Below, piece after piece: positions 28,507 to 43,920 of a stretch of DNA of 64,000 nucleotides. Both the position numbers and the translations under genes were made by a program. The notes beneath the pieces are model-generated. The model worked only from the letters and a program-made list of their open reading frames with translations. It did no database searches and had not been told where the DNA came from. The stretch's first letter is position 1. The number at the start of each line of letters is the position of its first letter. The stretch comes from Eledone cirrhosa (lineage: Eukaryota), in the NCBI GenBank assembly GCA_964016885.1, contig OZ024759.1:25916001-25980000 (forward strand), given 5' to 3'.

Positions 28507-28662
28507 GCATGTGTGTTTCCACGTGTTCCTCGATTTAACGATCCCCCAACAATTTACGGTTGTTGTGATTTCACCTTGAAAAAAAAATTAAGAATGCTTA
28601 ATTATCGCTAGAGTTAGCATGATTGGGCGACTGGGTGTCTTGTGGAGGTTAGCATAATTACT

Positions 28663-28700
<38 letters not shown>

Positions 28701-29014
28701 TATCATCATCATCATCATCGCCATCATCATTATCATCATCATCATCATCGTCATCTTCATCGTCATCGTTTCTTAATCATCATCATTATCACTGATATAT
28801 ACATCATCGCCATCGTCGTCATCACCATCTTCATCATCATTATCATCATCATCATCGCCATCATCATCATACCACCACCACCACCACCACCATCATCATC
28901 ATCATCTTATACAGTTGACGTGTTGTCCTCTAATTGTCCTTATATTTGTTTCTATTTTAACAAGATGGAGGGAACAATTTAATCACAGCCACCTCTACAA
29001 TTACCACAAACATA

Positions 29015-29080
<66 letters not shown>

Positions 29081-29265
29081 ATATATATATATATGTGTGT
29101 GTGTGTTTGTGTGTATGTGTGTGTGTGTGTTTGTGTGTATACATACATACTCACACACACACACATATATATATATATACACGTAGAGATACATACACAC
29201 ATAAATATCTGTATAAATATCTGTATATATTCACACACGTGTATATATATATATATGTATGTATG

Positions 29266-29344
<79 letters not shown>

Positions 29345-29697
29345 CGTGCACGTGCTAGTGTGTGTATTAACGTGCGTTCGTAATGTGCTTGTAGTGAATG
29401 TGGTAGAACCCTCTATGTGAGTAGTATAGACTGTATGTCGGTGATGTGGGTGTTGTATGATGGTGCCGTGGTGGTGTGTTGGTGGTGGGAGAAAGAGCTT
29501 GTTTAATTATAAGTTTACACAACAAGACAGTGTGCGTGCCCTCAGCTACGGTGATCATCACACAGAAATTGTCCCAAACCAAGCAGAAACGCTACGTTAC
29601 AAATACTAACGCCATTATCGAACGGTTTGCGTGATGAGCGGGAAAATGGCGCTGAATTGATTGTGGTGTATCCGTTGGTCGTAGCTTGCTTACTGTT

Positions 29698-29778
<81 letters not shown>

Positions 29779-29861
29779 TTATATACATATTTATACATAC
29801 ATAGTCGCATACATACACGCACACACGCATATATATAATGTATGTGCGTATACTTATAATT

Positions 29862-29892
<31 letters not shown>

Positions 29893-30047
29893 ATATATAT
29901 CTTTATATATATATGTTTATTTACTTACTTATAAGTGAATGTTAATGTGGGTGTTAATGATTGAATGTTTAAGTTAACCCTCTCTCTCTACCCTCTCTCT
30001 CTTTCTCTCTCTCTCCATCTATATGTATATATATGTATATACATATG

Positions 30048-30155
<108 letters not shown>

Positions 30156-30208
30156 GGAGGTGATTTAAAACTGCACTATTCACAAGTGTTTTTTAGCCTT
30201 CATATCAT

Positions 30209-30294
30209 GTTCTCCTGTTTTATCTGATGAAAACACAAATATTATTGCTTGATGATGTTTGTTTTTGAAATGCGCATAATAAAATATATGGAAC
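30209..30294 (+). ncRNA. Type I hammerhead ribozyme with intact catalytic core
   Basis: Stem I ttttat (30218-23) with ataaaa (30279-84), extendable to gttct/ggaac; CTGATGA 30224-30; stem II aaacacaaatattat-tgcttg-atgatgtttgttttt (30231-66); GAAA 30267-70; palindromic stem III ATGCGCAT; AUA triplet with predicted cleavage after 30278. Confidence 0.8.
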
Positions 30295-30316
30295 TCCTTT
30301 AACCATCTTTTGATCT

Positions 30317-30368
<52 letters not shown>

Positions 30369-30654
30369 TGTGTGTGTGTGTGTTTCATTGCACGAATTTC
30401 TTTTGTGTATGTGTATGCAGGAAAAATTAGTTACAAGTAAGTATTCTTGTTATTATATATATATATATATATGAATACACACACGTGCACATATCATTGT
30501 TTACAAAGTGCAAACAAACAAAAAGAATATATGTTATATATGTTAGTCACTATTTCTTGTATTAAGACCTAACTTTGTAACGCTGTAAATTTATAATGTG
30601 CTTTAATATATATACATATATGTTTGTCTGTGTGCATGTTTGTGTGACTATGTA

Positions 30655-30719
<65 letters not shown>

Positions 30720-30852
30720 GTGAGGTTCTTTTACAAAATGAAAAATGTCCTACACGAGTGAAAGTATAAAGAAAAAAAGATGAAATCGAAAATGCAACTG
30801 GAGTCTTATTTTAAAAAAAATATAAATATTTGGTTTCTTTACCGGTTTCACA

Positions 30853-30980
<128 letters not shown>

Positions 30981-31834
30981 GGGGTTAGATAGTCAGCTAG
31001 ATAGATAGATATATAGATAGATAATCAGGAAGGGCGAAGAACAAATAAAACAACTAAAAAATAAATAGATTATAAAAAGCCCAACCAAACAGAAAACAAT
31101 GAGAATGAAAGCGATATTAAGATGGCGCCCATTATATTAATGATGCATTGTTGGAGCAAAGAGTATTGCAGCGCCATCTACCCACCACACTGCTGTCCAT
31201 TTATTAAACACCCTCATGTAGCTATCTCGTCAGTGTTCAGTCAAGCTGAACAAGTGACCACAACTACCTTGAGGGGGCTGGTCTCTATTTTGTGATAAGA
31301 GCTGTACATACAATGACCAGTCGCTGTGTGTATGTATGTGTCAGTGTCTGTGTGTGTGTATTTCTGTGTGTGTGTGCGTGTACGTGTGACACTGTGTTTG
31401 TGTATATGTGCGTGTGTGTGTCAGTCTATCTCGCTCCGTGTCTATGTTGGTCTGTGTGTGTGTGTATCTGTGTTTGTGTGTATGTATGAGTGTCTGTCTT
31501 TGTGTATGTGTCAGTGTATGTCTCTGTGTGTGAGTGTGTGTGTCTGTGTATGTGTGTGTCTGCGTCTATCTGTCTGTGTTTGTGTAACTGTGTCAGCGTA
31601 TTGATGCGTGCGTGTGTGTGTGTGTGCGTGGATGGGTGTGTCTGTGTGTGTGTGTGAGTGTGGGTGGGTGTATGCGTGTGTGTGTAAAGGTGTGTGTATG
31701 TGTGTGTGTGTGTGTAAAGGTGTGTGTATGTGTGTGTGTGTGTGTAAGACACGCTAGAGATATAATTGATGTCAAATGAACGCTGATCGTTACGGGTATT
31801 AGCCCAGCTTTATCAGAAATACGCCACCGACATC

Positions 31835-32200
31835 ATTACATATATCCCACCAACCCAATTACAGCCCCTCCCGTAACACCGATACCACCTACTCCAAAAC
31901 AACCACCACCAACACCACCAACACCACTAACATCAACACCACCACCAACCTTACTAGCACCTCCAGCATTTCCTCCTCCAACACCACCAATTTTACTACA
32001 TATTTACCACCAACCCAATTACAGCCCCTCCCGTCACACCGATACCACATCCTACAAAACAACCAACACCACCATTGTCACCGATTCTACCACCAACACC
32101 ACCATCACTACCAGCACCTCCATCGTCACCTCCTCCGAAACAACCACCACGAACACCACTACCAGCACCTCTACCCTCACTTCCACCACCAACAACAACA
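31835..32200. repeat. Diverged tandem duplication, about 160-bp period
   Basis: ccaccaacccaattacagcccctcccgt.acaccgataccac at about 31847 and 32007. Confidence 0.85.
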
Positions 32201-32249
32201 ATATGAAGTATTGTGCAGCCTGTAATTAGGATCAATGACCTAACTAGGT

Positions 32250-32725
32250 GCAGGCCCTAATGGTAGGGTGTTGGGCTCTCGATGATATTGTGTGTTGTGT
32301 TCTTGAACAAAGAACAAAACACTTCATTTCACTTTTCCCTAGCATACACAGCTTAAAATGATCACCAGCAATAGCTGGGGGTTTAACACTGAGATGGCGT
32401 CCTATCAAAAGGAGAGTCTTGTACACTCATTCACACCACGAAAACCGGGATACGTACTGGCTGGAAGAGTCTCCAGAAATGAGAGAGACTTCAACCCTGC
32501 GATGGACAATCTCCTCTCCTAGGGAGAGTCGTGTACACTCAATCACGCGACGAAAACCGGGATACGTACTGGCTGGATGTGTCTCCGGAAATGTGATAGA
32601 CTTCAACCCTGCGACGGACAGTCTCCCTGTCCTCGGGAGAGTCTTGTACACAAGGTTTGTTAACACCACCGAAACCGGGATAAAGACTGGCATGAGGAGC
32701 CTTCAGGCTCGAAACAGTCTTTTTA
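32250..32725 (+). mobile_element. SINE-like element with an internally triplicated 110-bp segment
   Basis: ggagagtc.tgtacac...aaaccgggata occurs at about 32411, 32523 and 32636. The upstream tgtgttgtgttcttgaacaa...cacttcatttcac resembles the conserved central domain of metazoan tRNA-SINEs (recall, not searched). Confidence 0.6.
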
Positions 32726-33173
32726 TATTAGACCAAATGACGTGCAGAGCAGGACAATGTCTACGATAGTCTAGTGCAAGCAGATCAGGAAAGATGGTGA
32801 GGACATCCAACCAGAAAAAAAAAAACAAGCGGGGTTCTCTACATAGATTTCTCAAGCACCCAACCAAAACCTCCGCCTAGTTTACTCTCCAGATTAAAAT
32901 ACTGAGGAATTTATTACCTTGGAATTTCATGTATATTATTGGACAAACACTATCTTGATGATTTTTATGGAATTTTAAACTGTTTATTCCATGATTATTT
33001 GTTTTATTTACATATTTTAAATGTTTCCTTTGTTCAAATTTCTCAATGTTAGGTCCAATACTTGAGGTTTAGGAGTTGATACAATCAAAGTTATAGATAC
33101 AGGAGTAAAAAGTAGATTAAAGTAAAACAAACAGCATTATATCAGTATTCCTCAATCAATTTTTAACAATGTG

Positions 33174-33216
<43 letters not shown>

Positions 33217-33248
33217 ACGTATATGTGTGTATATATATATATGTATAC

Positions 33249-33350
<102 letters not shown>

Positions 33351-35122
33351 ATGTATGTATATGCTTATACATATTTATGTTTACGTACATGCACACTCAC
33401 ACACATACAGGCACATACGTATGCGCAAAACATTCCTGTGTTTTACCAAACCACATCATCACTCCCACCACCAACGCCATCACTACCATTACTGTATCCC
33501 TACACTCTGCCATACCCTCTTTGCCTCCCTATTCTGCCTCCTTACTCTTCCTCCACACACCCCGTCCCTACTCTCTCCCTTCTCCTCCTCCTCCTCTTCC
33601 ACTCCACCTTTTCCCTTCTCTGTTCTATCTACCAACATATAATTGTCACAGAATTGTTGGCTGTGATTTATATTAATGTGATAATGAGGTTTCCGCTGAT
33701 GAACTGCCATGAGAGGCCATTTTAAACTGGTGCATTCTGGGATCGGTTTATCGCACATCCAGATTAACGTCCGACAAGCATCTCACCACCATCACTAGAT
33801 GGCAGCAGTGTCGGGTCGGTCGTCCTCATATCGACTTTGTATCTTCCATAACGCCCCCCCCCACCCCACCGAACTTCATGCCGTTAAACTAATCGTCATC
33901 GTCCCCACCACAATAACAACTAACACCACCACCACCACCACCATAACAATCAACACAACCACCACCACCACCTCTATTCTCATCATCACACAATTCTCAT
34001 CATGATCTTCATTACCACCGCCATCATCATCATCATGATCATCATTGTTATCATCATCAGTAGTTTACTAATACCATTTAGATTACCACCATCATCACCA
34101 TCATCCACATTATAGCTACCCCCCACCATCAACACTACCGCCATCACCACCAGCATCGACACCACCAAACCAGCAACCAACACACCCCACTCATCACCAT
34201 TTCAAACAACGTCAACGTCAGCAGCGATAACAATAAATGTTACAATTCTCAACGCCGTCAACAACCACAACAACCACAATGACAACAACAATGACAACAG
34301 CAGCCACAATGACAACAATAACAATAATGACAATGGTAAGAAAGACAAAAACAACAACACCATCGACCGCCTCAACAGCAACAACACTAACAACAAAAAC
34401 GACAATGACCACAACAACAACAAAAACAACAGCAACAATGACAACAACAACAACAACAACGACAAAATACAACAACGCTAATAACATAAATAACTATCTC
34501 CACTAATCCCACAACAACCACTTATAACAACGACAACAACACCAATAACAATAATTGCATCACTATCGCCCACACCTCTCACGATACCCCCTTCTCACCC
34601 TCTCTCCCACTACAACAGCAGTAGACGTTTAACTCATGATTTCACTTCATGAAATGTGGGCCTCAAAAGCCTGTGGCCCCAGCCACACAGATAACCCCGG
34701 ATTTGGCTTTACGCAATAACCTACTGACACTGAGTTATCATGAAGATCTGTGAAGCCTTATATCGCTAGACACATACACACGCATGTCAAACAAAGCACA
34801 CTAAATGCAGTATACCATATACTCACACATGTGTTAAAGACAGCACATTACATACTGCAAAGCATATATGCACTACAAATATACACACATATACACACAT
34901 AAACTCATACACGACAGTACAATTTAATGTGTAAAGTATATAAACCACATATAGCACACACACACACATATATATATACAAATCTTCCCACATGTTATAC
35001 ATAATGTAATGGTTCATACAAAAAAGGTATTTACAACAGTCTCTTATTATATATAGATCACTAATGACAGAGATATAAATTGTGTTAAGTAAGCCTAGTG
35101 TTCTAACAATTTGGTCTAATAG

Positions 35123-35234
<112 letters not shown>

Positions 35235-35290
35235 GAGTGCTAATTTTGGCATACCGCCTATGGAAGCACCATAGCTACCATTATACACAA

Positions 35291-35329
<39 letters not shown>

Positions 35330-35334
35330 AAAGA

Positions 35335-35465
35335 TATCAAGGACGATTGGTTACTCCTTCATTACATTTATTGGTTGGTGACGCGCGTTTCGCCACTGAT
35401 CAGCTCAAGGTTCGATCTGTATCGATCTTACCCGACTCTATAATCTGCGGTTCAACGGACCCCTT
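35335..35465 (-). ncRNA. Degenerate hammerhead-like motif with about 60-nt stem II insert (copy 2)
   Basis: Minus strand: ggt-CCGTTGA-accgc...gtggc-GAAA-CGCGCG-TC-acc; stem I ggt/acc; two core mismatches to CUGAUGA; alignable with 13252-13385. Confidence 0.5.
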
Positions 35466-35516
35466 GAATTTCTAGTAGAAAATGAATACATGCTATATGT
35501 ATAGCTCTACACCTCG

Positions 35517-35595
<79 letters not shown>

Positions 35596-35694
35596 GTATC
35601 AGAGAGGGTAAAATGATCAAACCTGCTTTGAATGTTATTTTCGTTTCTTCACCTGTTCAATTTGCTCTATCTCTTTGTCTTCTTTATTTTCTCC

Positions 35695-35735
35695 TATTTT
35701 CTAATGAAAGTCTTGCGTTAGAAACGTTAAGACTT
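35695..35735 (+). ncRNA. Degenerate minimal hammerhead motif
   Basis: tttt-CTAATGA-aagtcttgcgtta-GAAACGTT-aagac; same layout and spacing as 41210-41247, with G>A in the core. Confidence 0.45.
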
Positions 35736-35777
35736 TTCCTACTATATTTATTATGTTAAGTGTATGAAACTTTGTTT

Positions 35778-35858
<81 letters not shown>

Positions 35859-36271
35859 ATATAGCTATCTAACTCTTTCTGCCACTCTCTCGTCATCTAT
35901 CCTTGGGAGGTCTACGACCATCTCATTGTGGTTCCACGCCAATAGATTCCGGGGGCAATGTTCAGAAAGTCCATCTCCCCTCCACCCCACCCCCTCCACG
36001 TTTTCTCCGTTACAGTCTTTCAACTGTTCAGTAAAACAGTGTAGTATATATCATAGAGAGATGAGTTAAGGCGGAAAGGGCATTACTTGCTGGCGGGGTT
36101 TTACTGGTAGTGAGAGTGACGGTGGTGGCAGTAGTGGTAGTGGTGGTGGTGGTGGTGGTGGTGGTGGTGAAGGTGGTGGTAGTGGTGGCGGCGGCGGATG
36201 ACGAGAAAGGAACATAATTCCTTTGTGAGAGAAAGATACACAGATAGAAGGAGAGAGTGAGAGAGAGAGAG

Positions 36272-36311
<40 letters not shown>

Positions 36312-36455
36312 CCGAGAAATAGAGGGAAGAGTGAAGGTTAGTGTAAGGAGTGATGGAAGGAAAGAACTTGAGAGAGATGAAGTGATTTACTGGAATATGT
36401 GTATTGTTATATCATTGTGGGCAAGTGTTCATATATCTCTGTATGTGAATATATA

Positions 36456-36515
<60 letters not shown>

Positions 36516-36556
36516 CGAGAGTGTGTGGTATGTGCATACATTTATATATATGTGTA

Positions 36557-36597
<41 letters not shown>

Positions 36598-36603
36598 CAT
36601 GCT

Positions 36604-36663
<60 letters not shown>

Positions 36664-36703
36664 CATGTACATACATATACGTTTATATACATACATGCTT
36701 ACG

Positions 36704-36749
<46 letters not shown>

Positions 36750-37035
36750 CTCACACATAGTTCAAGGTGTCAGTTGAAAGAACCAATTAGACCAACATCA
36801 TAATAAAGTAGTGAAAATGATTGGTGTTGAGTAAAAATGTTTTATATACACACACATACATACACGCATGCACACACACAGTCACACACACACACCCACA
36901 CATACAAATCGACACATACGCACACAGTGAAACACACAGACGCACAGACACACATATACATAGACACGCACACACATATACATATATATATTATGGCAAG
37001 GAGAAGAGTATGTATTTATCTCTCTACATATCAAT

Positions 37036-37206
<171 letters not shown>

Positions 37207-37252
37207 CTATATATATACTATATATATATATATTATATACTATATCTATATA

Positions 37253-37283
<31 letters not shown>

Positions 37284-37388
37284 CTATATATTTATATATA
37301 TATACTATATATATATATATATACTGATATGTAGATAGATAGATACTCTTCTCCCTGCCATCTACCATCACCATCACCAGCACCTTAT

Positions 37389-37421
<33 letters not shown>

Positions 37422-38019
37422 CAACCATCAATATTTTATAATATTTCTAAGTATTTATTTCCTACCTCTGACCCACATCTCTTTTGTCTTGTCTTCATTG
37501 GAATATATTACAGAACCTTGAACTACCACCAACACCACTACCACTTACACCACTACCACTGACACTACCTCAACTGCCACCAATACCAATACCTCTACCA
37601 CCAACACCACCACCTGCCTCAACTACCACCAACACTACTACCTCACCTACCACCAACACCACCACCACTGCCTCAACTACCACCAACACCACTATCTCTA
37701 ATACCACCATCACCACTACCATTACCACTACATTTACTACCACATACACCACACAACACTACTAAAACTATCCTCAACACTACACCACACAACTAACACC
37801 GACACCAACAACACCAACACCACCAATACCAACAGCAGCAATACGAACAACACCAAACATCAACAGCAGCACACTACTAATACCAACGCTAACACCACAA
37901 CCATCACTATCACCACCAAAACCAACGCTACCAACACCAACATGACCAACACCAACACCACTACCATCTACAGTAAGACCGACACACAACCATAACACCA
38001 ACACTACCAACACCAACAT

Positions 38020-38680
38020 GACCAACCACTACATCCACACCACCACCACTACATCCACACCACCACCACTACATCCACACCACCACCACTACATCCACAC
38101 AATCGCCAAAATCCCACACCACACCACACTATACCAGAACACACCACAATACACCACAACACAATGCTACATAACACCACCGCTGCAATGCCACACAACA
38201 CCTCAACACACTACACAATACCACAACGCACAACAGTACAACACTCAACACCACAACGCAGCACACCACTCCACACCACAATGCCATACAACACCGCGAC
38301 AGTGCCGTACAACACCACACCACACTACACCACAATGCCATACAACACCGCCACCATAATGCCACACCACAATACCACACAACACCACCGCCACAGTACC
38401 ACATCACACAACACCACACCCCACCACACAACACCACACAACACCACTGCCACAATACCGCACCTCACTAAACCATACCACATCACACAACATCACAACA
38501 CACCACACTACACCACCGCCACAAGACCACACAAAACCACACAACACCACACAACACCACACCACACCACACAACCCTACACCACCGCCACAAAGCCACA
38601 CCACACCACACCACACCACACCACACCACACCACACAACACAACACTACACTACACCATACCAGACAACCACCAAAACCC
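38020..38680. repeat. Degenerate (ACACC/ACACA)n pentanucleotide-type satellite; a related array lies at 44220-45000
   Basis: Direct reading. Confidence 0.9.
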
Positions 38681-38748
38681 AAGAACTCTCCTTTTATTTA
38701 CTGTTCACGCAACAACGTCTCTCTTTTATAACTAACTGCCGAATGATG

Positions 38749-38827
<79 letters not shown>

Positions 38828-38935
38828 AAGACATACACACATACAAAACACATACAGACAAACACACACATATATATTATTATAAGTACATATATGTCCG
38901 AGAGTAGTGTGTATATATACACATACACAGGAATT

Positions 38936-38978
<43 letters not shown>

Positions 38979-39091
38979 TGTATATTTACACCAATGTAGA
39001 GTTAAAACACGCTTAAACATTCATATCATAGACAAAATGTATTGCATATAATGTTAAATGATGCTTGGCTAGATTCATTACCTGTAAGGTG

Positions 39092-39149
<58 letters not shown>

Positions 39150-39295
39150 TTATATATTCATGTTTGTATATATATATATACATGTATATATATACACACA
39201 TGCGTTTATATATTCACCTTATATCTTCCACCATATTTCTCTGTACACACACGCCCCACACGCACATACATACACATAAACACACACATACACAT

Positions 39296-39362
<67 letters not shown>

Positions 39363-39638
39363 TACACACCTAGAATGCGGGATTTATAGCTGAATAAATG
39401 ATATATGCATAAGCATTTATCATTTATACCTCCTTACCTACATACATACATACATATCTCTATGTATGATACATATATATATATATATGCACACACGCAT
39501 ACATGTATGTGTATGTGTGCGTGTGTATCTGTACATTGGAGTCTATGCATATGTATATGTTTGTAAATGTATATATATGTATATATACACATGTATATGT
39601 GTGTGTTAACAGAAAGAGAGAACGTGACTGAGAGAAAG

Positions 39639-39669
<31 letters not shown>

Positions 39670-39843
39670 AAGAGAGAGAGAAAGAGACAGAAAGAGAGAG
39701 AAAGAGAGAGTGTGGGGGGAAGCAGACATTCAGACAGACAGGCAGATAACTTAATATATCTGTGTACAGGAAATATTTGCTGTATTCTGTATTGTGTATT
39801 CGCTGATTTATTAACAACCCTTGTGAAATTGATACAAAATTAC

Positions 39844-39926
39844 CCATAATGCAATTCATGTCCTCCATTCTTCCCGCTGTCCTGAGAAGAATTTCACCTT
39901 GGCAGACATATTTTCCGGAAAGTTTT
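39844..39926 (-). CDS. Candidate coding exon of unrecognised minus-strand gene (KLSGKYVCQGEILLRTAGRMEDMNCIM)
   Basis: Follows a 76-nt GT-AG intron (39927-40002) with ttctaac branch point and cctgttttcttgtag acceptor; donor G|gtaatt; stays in frame with the exon at 40003-40200. Confidence 0.4.
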
Positions 39927-40002
39927 CTACAAGAAAACAGGCGTAAACTACGTTAGAAACAGCAGCACTTCTCACAAACTCACCCTCACAACCCTGTCCT
40001 AC

Positions 40003-40200
40003 CCAAACCAGTTTGCCACTAAATCTCCATCATTTGACTCAACGCTCTGTTGACCATTCTCATCACTCAGATCTATAGAAGAAGCCCATAGCACCACCCC
40101 ATCCTTCACTCTACCAGCGTCACCCCCACCATCCCATAGTTTGCCAGATTGGTCAGCGTAAAAAGAGTTCTTGTGCTTGGCCAAATGTCGAACGAACTGG
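40003..40200 (-). CDS. Candidate coding exon, 198 nt (QFVRHLAKHKNSFYADQSGKLWDGGG...LVANWF)
   Basis: One of very few complex, non-repetitive ORFs (track 39999-40184). Acceptor ctcttctgtctggtcag; the donor GG|gtagga overlaps the in-frame TAG; phase 2 at both ends. Confidence 0.4.
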
Positions 40201-40266
40201 CTGACCAGACAGAAGAGATGTCATCTAGATACATAGATACATAACGTACACATACATACATACACT

Positions 40267-40347
<81 letters not shown>

Positions 40348-40424
40348 ACATACACACATATATAAATATGTCCACTTATGAAAGTGCGCAGATGTATATT
40401 TATGTGTATATGTGCATATATACT

Positions 40425-40545
<121 letters not shown>

Positions 40546-40823
40546 TATATATATATATATATTATATAAGCAGTATGTAGGTGTGTTCGTATAACGGCCC
40601 AGTGTAAATCATGAGTGATTGAACCACATCAAAATGGCCATTTCTCAAGTGTTCCCTGGAGTACTTCGACAATGGAGGATATGGCGTGGCGTGAGGTCGG
40701 GGCAGAATACTGTCTTATAGTAACTACACACCTCTCCTATAATTTGAACTGTAGTGGTCATGCTGGTTGTGGTAGTTGTAGTTGTGATCGTCGTGGCTCT
40801 TGCGTTGGAGTTGGAGTCATTGT

Positions 40824-40862
<39 letters not shown>

Positions 40863-41006
40863 TGGCGGTGGTGGTGGTGGTGGTGGCTGTGGTGGTGGCG
40901 ATGATGTTGTTAATGCTGAAGGCTGTAGTGTTGTAAATGGTGATGGTGGCCATAATGGTGATGGTAGATCATAATGGTTATGGTATATATATATATATAT
41001 ATATAG

Positions 41007-41042
<36 letters not shown>

Positions 41043-41043
41043 A

Positions 41044-41094
<51 letters not shown>

Positions 41095-41209
41095 GTGCGC
41101 GCGCGCGCGTGCGTGTGTGTATGTAAAAGGTAAACAGAAATAATAACACAATCGGTACAGTATATGGAAGGAATATATTAGGTTAACGCTTGAAATAGCA
41201 GGAAGAGTG

Positions 41210-41247
41210 CTCTTAACGTTTCGGTCGCTAGTCCTTCATCAGAAGAA
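41210..41247 (-). ncRNA. Minimal type I hammerhead ribozyme (Penelope pLTR-type)
   Basis: Minus strand: ttctt-CTGATGA-aggactagcgacc-GAAA-cg-TT-aagag; stem I ttctt/aagag; palindromic stem III ACGT; weak stem II. Confidence 0.65.
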
Positions 41248-41761
41248 AAAATGAGAAATAAGATTGATTGAAGGGATATATATAGGTTCCCTGGACTTTG
41301 ATAAACATAATTGTGTTAACATCTGATGATATCGGTAGCTTTTGTAAAGCTTCACACTAGTGTGCCTGAAATAGTATTATGCAGTAATAAGAGTCGTTAG
41401 AATTTCGAACAGAATGACTCTCCTCTCATTGAAGTCAAACACCGCCAAGGTCAACTTTGTCTTTCATTCTACCAAGGTCAATTAAAAATGTATTAGTCTA
41501 GGATTTGGTTCGATTCGTCCTCTATATCTCTTTCTCACACTCCCTCATATCTAAAGGTACTGGGTCCGCCATATTGGTAGGCTAAAATGAAAGTAATTTA
41601 TTTCAAATAAAACCTCAATAACCACTGCATACTTTAACTCGCATCTTAAAATCAATGACTTTTAATAGACTACATTCATGCATACATGCATATACATTCA
41701 TATACATAAATATGTTGATATTTTGTGTATTATATAAACATGCATACATACGTACATACAT

Positions 41762-41800
<39 letters not shown>

Positions 41801-42041
41801 ACACAGGAATCAAAGCTATGTTCAAAGCATTTATTCGCTTACAATTGTTTCATCCAAACCGAGGCTTGAGGTCTTCGGAGAATTTTTCAATGTTTGTACA
41901 CATACATGACCTCCTTTCACTGTTTAGGGTTTAAAATATATATAACTATAAAAAGTTTTAGTATATACATAACCATAAATAGTATCCTTAATACTATATA
42001 TAAATCCATGTATGTACGTATGTATGCATGTTTGTATATGT

Positions 42042-42093
<52 letters not shown>

Positions 42094-42375
42094 TGATACC
42101 AATTATTTCGACTACACAAGACATTGATGCTGTGATTAAGAGTGTAAAAGAAAGCTTATATGTGGAAATAAGTCAAGCAACTTCTCCATTAAGGAATCAC
42201 AAACGACCAGAGTATAGTACAACAATGAAGCTAATGTAGTGAGAACTATCCTCCCCTCTCTCTCTCCCCTCCCTCTCGCTATACCTTACCTCACACTTTA
42301 GAACCATAGTCTTCCACATCAGATATAGCAAGTCACTGAATATATACATACAAACACACACACACATATATAGAT

Positions 42376-42466
<91 letters not shown>

Positions 42467-42881
42467 CAAACACGCACACATATATATATGTATATACATA
42501 TATATACATACACACACACACACACATCCACACACCCACACATATATATATATAATAAATCGAAATAAAAGCAACTCGATTTCATTGTTCTGTAATGAGC
42601 TCAATGGAAAACGTATTATGTAGCATGTATATATAGTCATACATGCATATATATTATGTATGTATACGCATATATATATATATATTCATAGTTAGCTAGA
42701 TATCTGAAATTACACGCACTCTACACTCACATATGTATGGTACATATACACATACACAGTTTTACACATGTATACGCACGAACATACAGCCACACACATC
42801 AATACGACCACACAAACATACACACTCATACATAAACATACATAAACATAGCTCTTACTGTAACATTAACCCCTTACTCAC

Positions 42882-43014
42882 CACAAACCCTTTTCGATAG
42901 CGTGACCGTTCGTATCAGCTCCGTAGAAGCAGCAGTTGTGATGCGAACGCTTTACTAAACCACGATTATAAGCAAGAATGATTTTAAATGTAAAAGCTGG
43001 TTGGAAAATCATTT
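42882..43014 (-). CDS. Candidate coding exon, 133 nt (MIFQPAFTFKIILAYNRGLVKRSHHNCCFYGADTNGHAIEKGL)
   Basis: Acceptor cacttcctcttttcag and donor TG|gtgagt. The only open frame ends in phase 2, matching the exon starting at 40200. Confidence 0.4.
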
Positions 43015-43029
43015 CTGAAAAGAGGAAGT

Positions 43030-43445
43030 GTTGTTTTTGTTGTTGTTGTTGTTGTTGTTGTTGGTGGTGTTGTTGGTATGTGTGCTGTTGTTGTTGTTGT
43101 TGGTGTTGTTGGTATGGGTGCTGTTGTTGTTGTTGGTATGGGTGCTGTTGTTGTTGTTGGTGTTGTTGTTGTTGTTGGTGTTGTTGGTATGGGTGTTGTT
43201 GTTGTTGTTGGTGTTGATGGTATGGGTGATGTTGTTGTTGGTGTTGTTGTTATGGGTGCTGTTGTTGTTGTTGGTGTTGTTGTTATGGGTGCTGTTGTTG
43301 TTGTTGGTGTTGATTGTATGGGTGCTGTTGTTGTTGTTGGTGTTGATGGTATGGGTGCTGTTGTTGTTGTTGGTGTTGTTGGTATGGGTGTTGTTGTTGT
43401 TGTTGTTGGTGTTGTTGGTATGGGTGCTGTTGTTGGTGTTAGCGT
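43030..43445. repeat. (GTT)n array punctuated by ggtatgggtgct
   Basis: Direct reading; source of the Cys/Trp-rich and Leu/Val-rich ORFs. Confidence 0.9.
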
Positions 43446-43920
43446 TGGTTGTAGTATTACTGGTGTTGGTAGCAGTATTGTTGTTGATGGTGGTTGATGT
43501 TGGTGGTGGTTGTTGTTATTGGTTGCGCTGTTGATGGTTGTGCTGTTGATGGTGTTGGCTTAAGTGGTACTGGTGATAGTAGTAGTGTTGTTGTTGGTGT
43601 TAGTTGTAGTAACACTAGTGTTGTTGTTGTTGTTGTTATTAGTTTTAATTATTGTGGCTGTAGTAGCAATGATTGTGGTGAACACACACAAGTACATACA
43701 TATGTAGGTTTGAATGGATTACATATATATATATATATACACACACATATATATATACACACACACACATATACATATACATATATATGTGTATGTATCC
43801 GTGTATGATTTGTTGTAGGCCTCTCCAGAAATGTAGCCAGTTCCTCAGATATATAGATAGATAGACAAAGCCAGAGAGAGAGAAGGAGAGAGAGTTTGAG
43901 AAAGAAAGAAGGAGATTTAC

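Noticed and set aside
32680-32725. Hammerhead-like atgaggagcc-ttca-ggctcgaaacagtc
   Set aside because: Core spacing is wrong; better explained as the 3' stem-loop of the SINE tail.
33696-33730. Isolated CTGANGA heptamers (also about 10701 minus, 13910, 26253, 41323)
   Set aside because: No correctly placed GAAA, stem III and stem I.
42978-43534. Cys-rich or Gly/Val/Met-rich structural-protein-like ORFs
   Set aside because: (GTT)n-based minisatellite; all three plus-strand frames carry low-complexity ORFs.
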